DNA from: Oscillospiraceae bacterium
GTDB taxonomy: Bacteria; Bacillota; Clostridia; Oscillospirales; CAG-382
Assembly (NCBI GenBank): GCA_022508745.1
Contig: JAFLUP010000001.1
Location: 3,912-67,911, forward strand
Reading direction: 5' to 3'
Length of the DNA stretch: 64,000 bases
In this document: positions 8,732 through 17,481 of the stretch, in pieces
Position numbering within the stretch: the first letter of the stretch is position 1
How the letters are laid out: each line of letters opens with the position of its first letter
Translations under genes and position numbers: made by a program
Notes under the pieces: model-generated
The model's input: only the letters and a program-made list of their open reading frames with translations
Told to the model about the DNA's origin: nothing
Databases searched by the model: none

Positions 8732-11368
8732 ATGGCAAAGCAACTGGAAAAGAAATACGATCCCGCCGCGTTCGAGGAACGACTGTACGCGGAATGGAGC
8801 GAAAAAGGATACTTCCGCCCGAACAAACCGGGCGCAAAGCCCTTTTCCATCGTCATGCCGCCCCCCAATATCACCGGGCAGCTGCACATGGGGCACGCGC
8901 TGGACAACACCCTGCAGGATCTGCTGGTGCGCTATAAGAGAATGTGCGGGTACAACACCCTGTGGGTACCCGGTACCGACCACGCCTCCATCGCCACGGA
9001 GGCGAAGATCGTGGAAAAAATGCGGGAAGAGGGCGTCACCAAGGAGGACATCGGTCGCGAGGCGTTCCTTGACCGCGCGTGGGAGTGGAACCGGGTCTAC
9101 GGCGGGCGCATCACCGAGCAGCTGCGGAAGATCGGCTCTTCCTGCGATTGGGAGCGGCAGCGCTTCACCATGGACGAAGGCTGCTCCGAGGCGGTCAAAG
9201 ACGTGTTCGTCCGCCTGTATAAGAAGGGGCTCATCTACCGGGGCAACCGCATCATCAACTGGTGCCCCCACTGCCTGACCTCCATTTCCGACGCGGAGGT
9301 GGAATACGAAGAACAGGCTGGGCATTTCTGGCATCTGCGCTACCCGGTCAAGGACAGCGACGAGTATATCTACCTCGCCACCACCCGTCCGGAGACCCTG
9401 CTGGGCGATACCGCCGTGGCGGTCAACCCCAAGGACGAGCGCTATGCGCATCTGGTGGGCAAGACGCTGATCCTGCCCCTCGTCGGACGGGAAATCCCCG
9501 TGGTCGCGGACGACTACGTGGAGATGGACTTCGGGACGGGCGTGGTCAAGATCACCCCCGCCCACGACCCCAACGACTTTGAAGTGGGTCTGCGGCACAA
9601 TCTGGAAGTCATCAACGTCATGACGCCGGACGCCCATATCAACGAGGATTACCCCGCCTACGCCGGCATGGATCGGTTCGAGGCGCGGAAGGCCATCGTC
9701 AAGGATCTGGAAGCGGGCGGATACCTGGTGCGGGTGGAGAATTACGCCCACAACGTGGGCACCTGCTACCGCTGCGGCACCACCATCGAACCCCGCGTCT
9801 CCCTGCAATGGTTCGTGAAGATGGAGGAGCTGGCAAAACCCGCCATCGAAGCGGTGAAAACCGGCGAGATCCGCTTCATTCCCGACCGTTTCTCCAAAAA
9901 CTACCTGCACTGGATGGAAAACATCCGCGATTGGTGCATCTCCCGTCAGCTCTGGTGGGGGCACCGTATCCCCGCCTTCTACTGCGACGATTGCGGCGAA
10001 CTGGTCGTGACCGCCGACGCGAGTGCGGTCTGCCCCAAGTGCGGTGGCCCCATGCGGCAGGATCCCGATACGCTGGATACCTGGTTCTCCTCCGCTCTCT
10101 GGCCCTTCTCCACGCTGGGCTGGCCGAAGCAGACGGAGGATCTGGCGACCTTCTACCCCACGTCTACCCTCGTCACCGGCTATGACATCATCACCTTCTG
10201 GGTCTCCCGCATGATCTTCTCCGGCTTGGAACATACTGGGGAGAAACCCTTCTCCGACGTGCTGGTGCACGGGCTTGTGCGGGACGCGTTGGGACGGAAG
10301 ATGTCCAAGTCCCTCGGCAACGGCATCGACCCGCTGGAGGTCATCCGCACCTATGGCTGCGACGCCTTGCGCTTCTCGCTGGTCAGCGGCAACAGCCCCG
10401 GCAACGATATGCGCGTCTCCGACGAACGCTTTGAATCCGCCCGCAACTTCGCCAACAAGATCTGGAACGCCGCCCGTTTCGTGCTGATGAATCTGGACGA
10501 AGAGGACGCGGTTTCTCTGGAAGATCTGGACCTCGCGAATCTGCCGGACGAGGATAAATGGATCCTTTCCAACTATAATCGAACCGTGCGCGAAGTGCGG
10601 GACAACCTCGACCGCTACGAACTGGGCGTGGCGCTGGGCAAGCTGTACGATTTCATCTGGGACGTGTTCTGCGACTGGTACATCGAGCTGGTCAAGGCGC
10701 GTCTCGGGGAAAAAGGCACGCAGACCAACCGAAGCGCGCAGAAGGTGCTGATCTATGTGCTGTCCGGCACCATGGCGTTGCTGCACCCGTTCATGCCGTT
10801 TATCACGGAAGAAATCTGGCGCACCCTGCCCCACGCGGGGGATTCCGTCATGGTTTCCGACTATCCGGCGTTCCATACGGAACTGGACTTCCCGCAGGAG
10901 GAGGAAGCCATGCGCAAGGTCATCGACGCCATCCGCGCAGTGCGCAACCTGCGCAGCGAAATGGGCGTCGCCAACTCCCGCCGTGCGCATCTGCGCATCG
11001 TCACGGCGGACCCGACGGCCTTCGGCGGCAAGGAGCGCTTCTTCGAGAAGCTGGCGTACGCTTCCGGCGTGGAAGTCTCCACCGAGGCGGGGAATGAACA
11101 GGGGTGCGTCCGCGCCATCACCGACGCGTGCGAAATTCTCATTCCCATCGCGGACATGATCGACCGCGAGGAGGAACTGGCCCGCCTGAATAAGGAGCTG
11201 GCGAACGCGGAAAACGAGCTTTCCCGCGCCCAAAGCAAGCTGGCGAACGCCGAATTTGTTGCGAAAGCGCCCCAGAAGCTGGTGGACGGCGAGCGCGCCA
11301 AGGAGGAAAACGCCAAATCCAAGCTGGAAAAGATCCGCGCCGCCATTGCAAATCTGGAAAATATGTAA
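8732..11368 (+). CDS. valS: valine--tRNA ligase
   Basis: 878 aa. Class I HIGH-type motif PNITGQLHMGHAL, KMSKS motif and a C-terminal coiled coil. Confidence 0.97.
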   Translation: MAKQLEKKYDPAAFEERLYAEWSEKGYFRPNKPGAKPFSIVMPPPNITGQLHMGHALDNTLQDLLVRYKRMCGYNTLWVPGTDHASIATEAKIVEKMREEGVTKEDIGREAFLDRAWEWNRVYGGRITEQLRKIGSSCDWERQRFTMDEGCSEAVKDVFVRLYKKGLIYRGNRIINWCPHCLTSISDAEVEYEEQAGHFWHLRYPVKDSDEYIYLATTRPETLLGDTAVAVNPKDERYAHLVGKTLILPLVGREIPVVADDYVEMDFGTGVVKITPAHDPNDFEVGLRHNLEVINVMTPDAHINEDYPAYAGMDRFEARKAIVKDLEAGGYLVRVENYAHNVGTCYRCGTTIEPRVSLQWFVKMEELAKPAIEAVKTGEIRFIPDRFSKNYLHWMENIRDWCISRQLWWGHRIPAFYCDDCGELVVTADASAVCPKCGGPMRQDPDTLDTWFSSALWPFSTLGWPKQTEDLATFYPTSTLVTGYDIITFWVSRMIFSGLEHTGEKPFSDVLVHGLVRDALGRKMSKSLGNGIDPLEVIRTYGCDALRFSLVSGNSPGNDMRVSDERFESARNFANKIWNAARFVLMNLDEEDAVSLEDLDLANLPDEDKWILSNYNRTVREVRDNLDRYELGVALGKLYDFIWDVFCDWYIELVKARLGEKGTQTNRSAQKVLIYVLSGTMALLHPFMPFITEEIWRTLPHAGDSVMVSDYPAFHTELDFPQEEEAMRKVIDAIRAVRNLRSEMGVANSRRAHLRIVTADPTAFGGKERFFEKLAYASGVEVSTEAGNEQGCVRAITDACEILIPIADMIDREEELARLNKELANAENELSRAQSKLANAEFVAKAPQKLVDGERAKEENAKSKLEKIRAAIANLENM

Positions 11369-11373
11369 GGTTT

Positions 11374-11395
11374 ACGGGGGCTTTGCCCCCGTTTT
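11374..11395 (+). terminator. intrinsic terminator after valS
   Basis: ACGGGGGC-TTT-GCCCCCGT followed by TTTCCCC. Confidence 0.65.
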
Positions 11396-11427
11396 CCCCA
11401 TGCGTGGAAGGGGGGAGTTGACTGCTG

Positions 11428-11778
11428 ATGAAAAATGAAAAAGTATACGCCATGAGCTTTGCAAAGGTATACCCTCTTCTCGTGAATAAAGCTGTGAAAA
11501 AAGGCCGCACGGCCGAGGAAGTAGATTTGGTCATACGGTGGTTGACGGGGTATGATCCGAATGGGCTGAAAGCCGTTCTGGACGCGGATGTGAGCTATGA
11601 GAAGTTCTTCGCCGAGGCCCCGAACATGAATCCGAACCGAAAAAAGATAACCGGCACAATTTGCGGCGTAAGGGTTGAGCATATCGTAGAACCCCTTATG
11701 CAGGAGATAAGGTATTTGGACAAGCTCATTGATGAGCTGGCCAAGGGGAAGCGTATGGAAAAGATTCTTCGGGAATGA
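11428..11778 (+). CDS. DUF2200-like small protein
   Basis: 116 aa. N-terminus [20 protein letters not shown] resembles DUF2200 as I recall it. Lies in a lower-GC (~47-50%) patch. Confidence 0.6.
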   Translation: MKNEKVYAMSFAKVYPLLVNKAVKKGRTAEEVDLVIRWLTGYDPNGLKAVLDADVSYEKFFAEAPNMNPNRKKITGTICGVRVEHIVEPLMQEIRYLDKLIDELAKGKRMEKILRE

Positions 11779-12929
11779 TCCCGACTTGGGAGGATAAAAG
11801 CGATATGGATTCCGCATACGCCAAATCAATAGAGTTTCTTCTGGAAAACGCCGGGCCGGTGATCCGGTACCGTTTGCATAAGGAGATTCTCGGAGACTTG
11901 TCCGAGCGCGAAGAAGAAAAACTGCTCGAACAGATTTACGAACTGCCCCTGTTCCGGCTGGTTGCAACCTATGTCAAGCCAAACGGCTACATCGGCAGCG
12001 GGATGCATAGCTGGGACAACTGGCGCGGAACGGTTCTGCATGAAACACCCTTGCAGGACGGGGAATGTGCGGCCAGATTGCTTTCGTACTATCGGATCCC
12101 CAAGACGCACCCCTTTGTGCGGGACTTCGTAGCCGCCATGCGGGACGAGGAAACCCTGCGGAAAGAATTTTCCTACATTCCGCCGGAAATCCCCCGTTAC
12201 GAAAACCGTTTCGTGGGGCTGAATAACGGCAATAGTCTGATGGCTCTGATTTACACGATGCAGGCCATCTTAGGCTTTGGGGATGATTATGAGGATCTCA
12301 AAGACTTCCAGCAGATCTGTCTTAGGGGCTTTCAGCGCGTGAATGAAATTTCCTCGCTGGAGGAGATCACCAAGTTTAACCCCAATGCCAAGCGCAGGGG
12401 GAACTGCCCCTATATCGAAGCGGACGAGTATTTCCCGGACTATTATACGCTCTCCACGCTGGCCCACACGCATAGTTGGCGAACCGACGGGACGGTTCGG
12501 ATGCTGTCCGATGCGTTTAACCATATCAATGCCATTATGAAGCCGGACAACACGATGGCGGTGCGACTCAAGGGCAAATACTACGGCCCCTGTTTTGCGC
12601 TGGCACGTCCCATCCGTGCCTTCCACCCGGATCTGATCGATACGATCACCTATCGCCGTTTGCTCACCGAGATTGCCATGCTGGGCGTGGGGGAAAGCGT
12701 CGGCGTGATCCGCGAATCGGTGGCGAATGTGAAGGAAGCCATCGACAAGGACGGGATCCTTCGGATGAATTTGGCCCAAGTCCATAACAAGCGGTATTCT
12801 CCGATGCATATTCCGTACCCGACGGCCTACGTCGATATGCGGCTGGAAGCGGATTACAAGAACAAAAACGCACTTTTGTGCGACCTCACCTACTGGGCGG
12901 TGGAATTTCTGCATCTCGCGTCTCAATAA
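11775..12929 (+). CDS. hypothetical protein (no recognisable family)
   Basis: 384 aa. ATGA start/stop overlap with the upstream gene. Coding-like frame with no motif recognised. Confidence 0.6.
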   Translation: MIPTWEDKSDMDSAYAKSIEFLLENAGPVIRYRLHKEILGDLSEREEEKLLEQIYELPLFRLVATYVKPNGYIGSGMHSWDNWRGTVLHETPLQDGECAARLLSYYRIPKTHPFVRDFVAAMRDEETLRKEFSYIPPEIPRYENRFVGLNNGNSLMALIYTMQAILGFGDDYEDLKDFQQICLRGFQRVNEISSLEEITKFNPNAKRRGNCPYIEADEYFPDYYTLSTLAHTHSWRTDGTVRMLSDAFNHINAIMKPDNTMAVRLKGKYYGPCFALARPIRAFHPDLIDTITYRRLLTEIAMLGVGESVGVIRESVANVKEAIDKDGILRMNLAQVHNKRYSPMHIPYPTAYVDMRLEADYKNKNALLCDLTYWAVEFLHLASQ

Positions 12930-12960
12930 TAGGATGTAAACATGCAAAGGAATCGCACAA

Positions 12961-13482
12961 ATGCAGCTCAAGCAAGCGCTTACTTCACAAAGGATCACGA
13001 TTCGTGACTATCGGAAGTCCGATCTGCCGTTTGTTACTGCCATGTGGTTCGACGCGGAAAACGGGAAATATATGAGTGACCCGACGGAGGACTACGTTGA
13101 TGACGAATATCAAAAAGCATTGGATGAGCTGGAGGACAACCCGGAAGGATATTACCTGACCGTCGTATCCAATGACACGGGGGACGTGATCGGGACCTGC
13201 TGTATGTTCCCGGACGAGAAAAAAGAGGTCTATGATATCGGATACTGCATCCACAAGCAATACTGGAGGAAGGGATACGGTTCCGAGCTGATCCGTTTCC
13301 TCATCGATTGGGTGCGCGCCCACGGCGGCGTTGCGCTCACCGGGGAAGTGGCAAAGGAGAATCTCGCCTCCAACCGGCTGCTGCAAAAGCACGGCTTTGA
13401 GGTCGTGCGCGAAACTTCCTTCAAAAAGTATCGCATGGGCATTTGTTTTGAAAGCTATATCTATCGTCTGAATTTAACATGA
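12961..13482 (+). CDS. GNAT-family N-acetyltransferase (RimJ/RimL-like)
   Basis: 173 aa. Motif A region HKQYWRKGYGSELI and C-terminal NLASNRLLQKHGFE. Confidence 0.8.
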   Translation: MQLKQALTSQRITIRDYRKSDLPFVTAMWFDAENGKYMSDPTEDYVDDEYQKALDELEDNPEGYYLTVVSNDTGDVIGTCCMFPDEKKEVYDIGYCIHKQYWRKGYGSELIRFLIDWVRAHGGVALTGEVAKENLASNRLLQKHGFEVVRETSFKKYRMGICFESYIYRLNLT

Positions 13483-13502
13483 ATCAAAAGGAGTAACTTA
13501 CG

Positions 13503-14321
13503 ATGTCTGAATGTACCCACGATTGCTCGAGCTGCGGGGAGAACTGCGCTTCCCGTCAGAATCCGGGCAGTATGTTAGAAAAGCCCCACGAGCTATCGGA
13601 GATCCGCCGCGTGATCGGCGTGGTGTCCGGCAAAGGCGGCGTCGGAAAATCCATGGTCACTTCGCTGTTAGCGGTTCTTGCGAACCGCGCGGGGATGAGC
13701 ACGGCGATTCTGGACGCGGATATCACCGGTCCTTCCATCCCGCGTGCGTTCGGTCTGCACGGACAGGCTACTGCGGACGAAATGGGCATGTACCCGCTGC
13801 GTACGAAAACCGGCATCCGGGTGATGTCCGTCAATCTGCTGCTGCAAAACGAGACGGATCCCGTGGTCTGGCGCGGTCCGGTGATCGCCGGCTGCGTCAA
13901 GCAGTTCTGGACGGACGTGATCTGGGGCAAAACGGACCTCATGTTCATCGATATGCCCCCGGGAACCGGCGACGTGCCGCTGACCGTGTTCCAGTCCGTC
14001 CCGCTGGACGGAATCATCATCGTTACGTCCCCGCAGGAGCTGGTCTCCATGGTGGTGGAAAAGGCGGTCAAGATGGCAAAGCTGATGAACATTCCCGTGC
14101 TGGGGCTGGTGGAGAACTTCTCCTACTTCCAGTGCCCGGATTGCGGCGGGCAGCACGCCATCTACGGCGAAAGCCACGTGGAAGAGACGGCAAAACGGCT
14201 GGAGATCCCCACGGTTGCCAAACTTCCCATCGATCCGAAGCTGGCAGCTGCCTGCGACGCGGGTACCATCGAGCTGTTCGAGGGCACATGGCTCAACGGG
14301 CTGTTCGACACGATTCTGTAA
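13503..14321 (+). CDS. Mrp/NBP35-family ATP-binding Fe-S cluster carrier
   Basis: 272 aa. N-terminal Cys cluster CTHDCSSCGENC, deviant Walker A GKGGVGKS and CxxC (FQCPDCGG). Confidence 0.9.
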   Translation: MSECTHDCSSCGENCASRQNPGSMLEKPHELSEIRRVIGVVSGKGGVGKSMVTSLLAVLANRAGMSTAILDADITGPSIPRAFGLHGQATADEMGMYPLRTKTGIRVMSVNLLLQNETDPVVWRGPVIAGCVKQFWTDVIWGKTDLMFIDMPPGTGDVPLTVFQSVPLDGIIIVTSPQELVSMVVEKAVKMAKLMNIPVLGLVENFSYFQCPDCGGQHAIYGESHVEETAKRLEIPTVAKLPIDPKLAAACDAGTIELFEGTWLNGLFDTIL

Positions 14322-14336
14322 ATGGAGAGAAAGACT

Positions 14337-16214
14337 ATGGAATACTGGAAAATACAGGAAAACAAGCGCAAAACCGTCTGGGAGGGACCCTTCGACGGGC
14401 ACACGGACTATCTGGAAATGAGCGGGCTGGGCAGCTCGTTTATCGTAACCTACGGCACGGACGCGGACGGAAACCTGCTCTTGCAGCGGCGGGTGATCTT
14501 CCCGCAGCTCCGCACCCGTCCGAACAATACCCACGCGTCCTTCAGCAGCACCATCCGGGAGGAAGCGATGCCCCGCTTGACGGTCTCCGGCTGTTCGGAA
14601 GAAAAAGCCGTCCGCTTCGAGCTGGACGGCGATCTGCGGGTGGTTTCCGCCCTCGGCGGCGCAGAAGTGGAGCGGGAATTCTTCCCGTCCACGGACAAGC
14701 GCGCCTGCATCGAGCGCATCTGCGTTCGCAATACGGCGAAGGAACCGCTGTGCATCACCCTGACAAACGCCGGAACTACCCGCAACGAAGCCCTGCGTGG
14801 CTGCGCGGGGGTGTTGGTGTCCTATGTCCTTGCGCCGGAGATCAATGTGACGCTTGCGCCGGGGGAGAGCTATACCTTCGGTATCACCTACGCCGGGGAA
14901 ATGCTGCCTACCGTTCCCACTCCCTGTGACGCGGACGCGGAGCTGGCAGCCCGGCGGGAACGGATCGCGCAGCTGCTTGACCCGCTGCGTCTGGACACCG
15001 GTGACGACGTGCTGGACACCATGTTCGAATTTTCCAAGATCCGCGCGGGGGAGAGCATCTTCCGCACCCGCAGCGGCTTGATCCACTGCCCGGGAGGCGA
15101 CTCCTACTATGCCGCTGTCTGGTGCAACGATCAGGCGGAGTATTCCGGCCCGTGGTTCGCCTTTACGGGGGATAAGATCCTGCTGGAAGCGGCGGAGACC
15201 GCCTACCGCTGGTACATCCCCTTCATGGACGAGACTTACGAAGCCATCCCGTCCTCCGTTATCGCGGAGGGGCTGGACTACTGGAACGGCGCGGGGGACC
15301 GCGGCGACGCGGCCATGTACCTCTACGGCGCCAGCAGCTTCTGCCTGACCCGGGGCGATCGGGAGCAGGCAAAAGCCCTGTGGGATTCCATCAAATGGTG
15401 CGCGGAATACTGCAAGCGCAAGGTCAACGAGAATGGCGTGATCGCTTCCGATTCCGACGAGCTGGAGACCCGCTTCCCTGCCGGAGACGCGAACCTCTGC
15501 ACCTCCAGCCTGTGCTGCATGGGTCTGCGCGCCGCCGCCTGCATCGCGGAGGAGTTCGGCGAAACCGAACTGGCTGCCGACTACCGTGCCCGGGCGGAAG
15601 AACTGGCGAAAGCGATCGACAACTTCTTCGGCTGGACGGTCAGCGGCTACGAAACCTACCGCTACTACGAGGGCAATGACGTGCTGCGCTCCTGGATCTG
15701 TATGCCCCTCTGCGCGGACATTTTCACCCGCGCCAAGGGCACCGTGGACGCCCTGACGGGCCCCGAATTGTTTACCGACGACGGTCTGCTCTCCCAAGAG
15801 GGCAGCAGCACCGTCTGGGATCGCTCCACCCTGTACGGTCTGCGGGGCATTTTCCGCGCAGGATACACGGAAAGGGCGTTTGAATTCCTTCGCTACTACT
15901 GCCGCACCCGGCTGTTGGGCGAGCGCGTTCCCTATGCCATCGAGGCGTTCCCGGAGGGGAACAAGCGGCACCTGTCCGCAGAATCCGCGCTGTTTGCCCA
16001 GATCGTGGTGTTCGGTCTGTTGGGCATCACGCCGAAGGGCTTCCGTCGGTTTACCATCGCGCCCACGCTTCCCGCGGAGCTGGATCACCTGACGTTGGAG
16101 AACGTCCATGCCTTCGGAAAGGTGTTCGATATCCATGTCACCCGGGACGGCTGGGAAGTGAAATACGACGGGCAAACCCTTCGCGGCAGCGGAAGCGGGG
16201 AGATCAGCCTGTAA
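14337..16214 (+). CDS. hypothetical protein, possibly (alpha/alpha)6-barrel glycosidase-like
   Basis: Track ORF 14322..16214. ATG 14337 has GGAGAGA 7 nt upstream, whereas ATG 14322 directly abuts the mrp stop (TAAATG). The functional guess rests only on a general resemblance and is weak. Confidence 0.65.
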   Translation: MEYWKIQENKRKTVWEGPFDGHTDYLEMSGLGSSFIVTYGTDADGNLLLQRRVIFPQLRTRPNNTHASFSSTIREEAMPRLTVSGCSEEKAVRFELDGDLRVVSALGGAEVEREFFPSTDKRACIERICVRNTAKEPLCITLTNAGTTRNEALRGCAGVLVSYVLAPEINVTLAPGESYTFGITYAGEMLPTVPTPCDADAELAARRERIAQLLDPLRLDTGDDVLDTMFEFSKIRAGESIFRTRSGLIHCPGGDSYYAAVWCNDQAEYSGPWFAFTGDKILLEAAETAYRWYIPFMDETYEAIPSSVIAEGLDYWNGAGDRGDAAMYLYGASSFCLTRGDREQAKALWDSIKWCAEYCKRKVNENGVIASDSDELETRFPAGDANLCTSSLCCMGLRAAACIAEEFGETELAADYRARAEELAKAIDNFFGWTVSGYETYRYYEGNDVLRSWICMPLCADIFTRAKGTVDALTGPELFTDDGLLSQEGSSTVWDRSTLYGLRGIFRAGYTERAFEFLRYYCRTRLLGERVPYAIEAFPEGNKRHLSAESALFAQIVVFGLLGITPKGFRRFTIAPTLPAELDHLTLENVHAFGKVFDIHVTRDGWEVKYDGQTLRGSGSGEISL

Positions 16215-16228
16215 AAAGCAATCAAAAA

Positions 16229-16252
16229 AGCGAACGGCGTTTGCCGTTCGCT
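16229..16252. terminator. bidirectional intrinsic terminator
   Basis: AGCGAACGGC-GTTT-GCCGTTCGCT, flanked by AAAAAA and TTTTG, between convergent genes. Confidence 0.8.
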
Positions 16253-16268
16253 TTTGCTGTGTATGGCT

Positions 16269-16844
16269 TTATTTGAACGAGAACGTGTCGACCACGGTAT
16301 GGAAGCAGTCGATGACCTTGTCGTAGCTGCCCTCCGGGGCGGTGAGGGTGACGAGATGTACCTCGCCGGAACGGACGCAGATCACCTGTTCGTAGGTGTA
16401 GGTCATGTCGGAGAGCTGCAGGGTGTAGCGGTTCCGGTTGGCGATCACGCCGCCCAACTTACACTCTTCCTTTGTACTCTCGAAAGAGATATGCTCGCCG
16501 TAGAGATCCTCCAGTTGGGAGCGGTAGTCGTCCCAGTAATTGTTCGCGCCCCAATCCTTTTGTCCGCGCCCGAGGGTAAAGCTCATCACGGAGATGCTGG
16601 CGTATGCCTCGCTGGTGGCGCCTGCTACATTGCACTTGATGCCCGCCATGCCGTCGCTGCGGTCCACTTCCCAGTTTTCCGCGTAGCAGAAGGTGTAATT
16701 GAGCGCTTCGTTTTCAAAGCGTACGCTGCCGTCCGGCACGCCGCCTTCCGGCGTATCGCCGTTGCCTTTCCCGGAGCAGGCGCACAGAACCAGTGCGGCG
16801 AGCAGCAGGAGGGGCAGACAGCGGAACAGAACCTGTTTTTTCAT
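16269..16844 (-). CDS. putative lipoprotein
   Basis: Signal peptide with lipobox LVLCAC-SGK. Start taken at MKKQVLF (16844); ATG 16856 is an alternative. Confidence 0.7.
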   Translation of the reverse strand: MKKQVLFRCLPLLLLAALVLCACSGKGNGDTPEGGVPDGSVRFENEALNYTFCYAENWEVDRSDGMAGIKCNVAGATSEAYASISVMSFTLGRGQKDWGANNYWDDYRSQLEDLYGEHISFESTKEECKLGGVIANRNRYTLQLSDMTYTYEQVICVRSGEVHLVTLTAPEGSYDKVIDCFHTVVDTFSFK

Positions 16845-16864
16845 GGATCGGACCATACCTTCCT

Positions 16865-17227
16865 TTATTTCACGGTGTAGATGGTAGTTTTTCCGCAGAC
16901 CACCTTCTTCGTCCCTTCCGGGAGTTCAATTTCGAATTCGGCGACATTCCGACCTGGCTCTTGCGCCAGGGAGGACTGCTTGCCGCCCCGCAGGGTGACG
17001 GTGAGCTTTCCGTTCTCAAGGTCGGAGGTGATCAGCCGGTAGACATATTCCCCCTCCGTTTTGGATTTCACACGGATGGTCAGCCGGTTCCCGTTCTGGG
17101 AGAAACTTTCAAAGCTCAGCTCGTCGTTTGTGAGGACATAGGTTTCGCGGTAGGCGTATACGCCTGCCAGCAGCGCGATGCAGAGAGCGACCGCAAAAGA
17201 AATGTAGCAGATCAACAATCGTTTCAC
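16865..17227 (-). CDS. small membrane-anchored protein
   Basis: Track ORF extends to 17422, but a TTGCCT-17-TATAAT promoter (17259-17287) and AAGGAG lie downstream of that start. GTG 17227 gives VKRLLICYISFAVALCIALLAGV (TM helix) plus a beta-rich domain. Confidence 0.55.
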   Translation of the reverse strand: MKRLLICYISFAVALCIALLAGVYAYRETYVLTNDELSFESFSQNGNRLTIRVKSKTEGEYVYRLITSDLENGKLTVTLRGGKQSSLAQEPGRNVAEFEIELPEGTKKVVCGKTTIYTVK

Positions 17228-17258
17228 GGAAAGAGCCACTCCTTTGTGGATTTTCTTT

Positions 17259-17287
17259 ATTATACACTTCTTTTTCCGAAAAGGCAA
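17259..17287 (-). promoter_or_regulatory. sigma-A-type promoter for the 16865-17227 / 16269-16844 gene pair
   Basis: Minus strand reads TTGCCT-17 nt-TATAAT, followed by AAGGAG and GTG 17227. Confidence 0.55.
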
Positions 17288-17377
17288 GGGGAAAAACACA
17301 AAAAGCGCAAAAAGCGCAGAAAAAGGGGACGGATCGGGAACATACCTCCCCCGGCGGGCGTTTTCCGGTAAAAAAGA

Positions 17378-17406
17378 TTGACTTTTTCTTTCGTGTGTGG
17401 TATACT
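17378..17406 (+). promoter_or_regulatory. sigma-A-type promoter for the zinc-ribbon protein / ABC operon
   Basis: TTGACT-17 nt-TATACT with a TG upstream (TGGTATACT). Confidence 0.6.
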
Positions 17407-17481
17407 TTATTACCGATACCATTCAGATAATATATTGTGCATAGTTTTTGCTGGCTTCAACATCGAAAGGAGAACTTGACC

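Noticed and set aside
8696-11233. 845-aa ORF antisense to valS. Similar long antisense ORFs include 13668..16175, 18304..20322, 23667..25637, 31335..33152, 36444..38660, 52377..54413 and 55176..57101.
   Set aside because: Each one mirrors a gene with unmistakable motifs on the other strand. Their translations are Arg/Gly/Pro/Ala-rich low-complexity sequence typical of stop-free antisense frames in high-GC DNA. They have no RBS or promoter support.
16865-17422. 185-aa version of the small membrane protein
   Set aside because: The first ~65 codons run upstream of a good TTGCCT-17-TATAAT promoter and AAGGAG and encode implausible sequence. The GTG 17227 start is consistent with both the promoter and the RBS.
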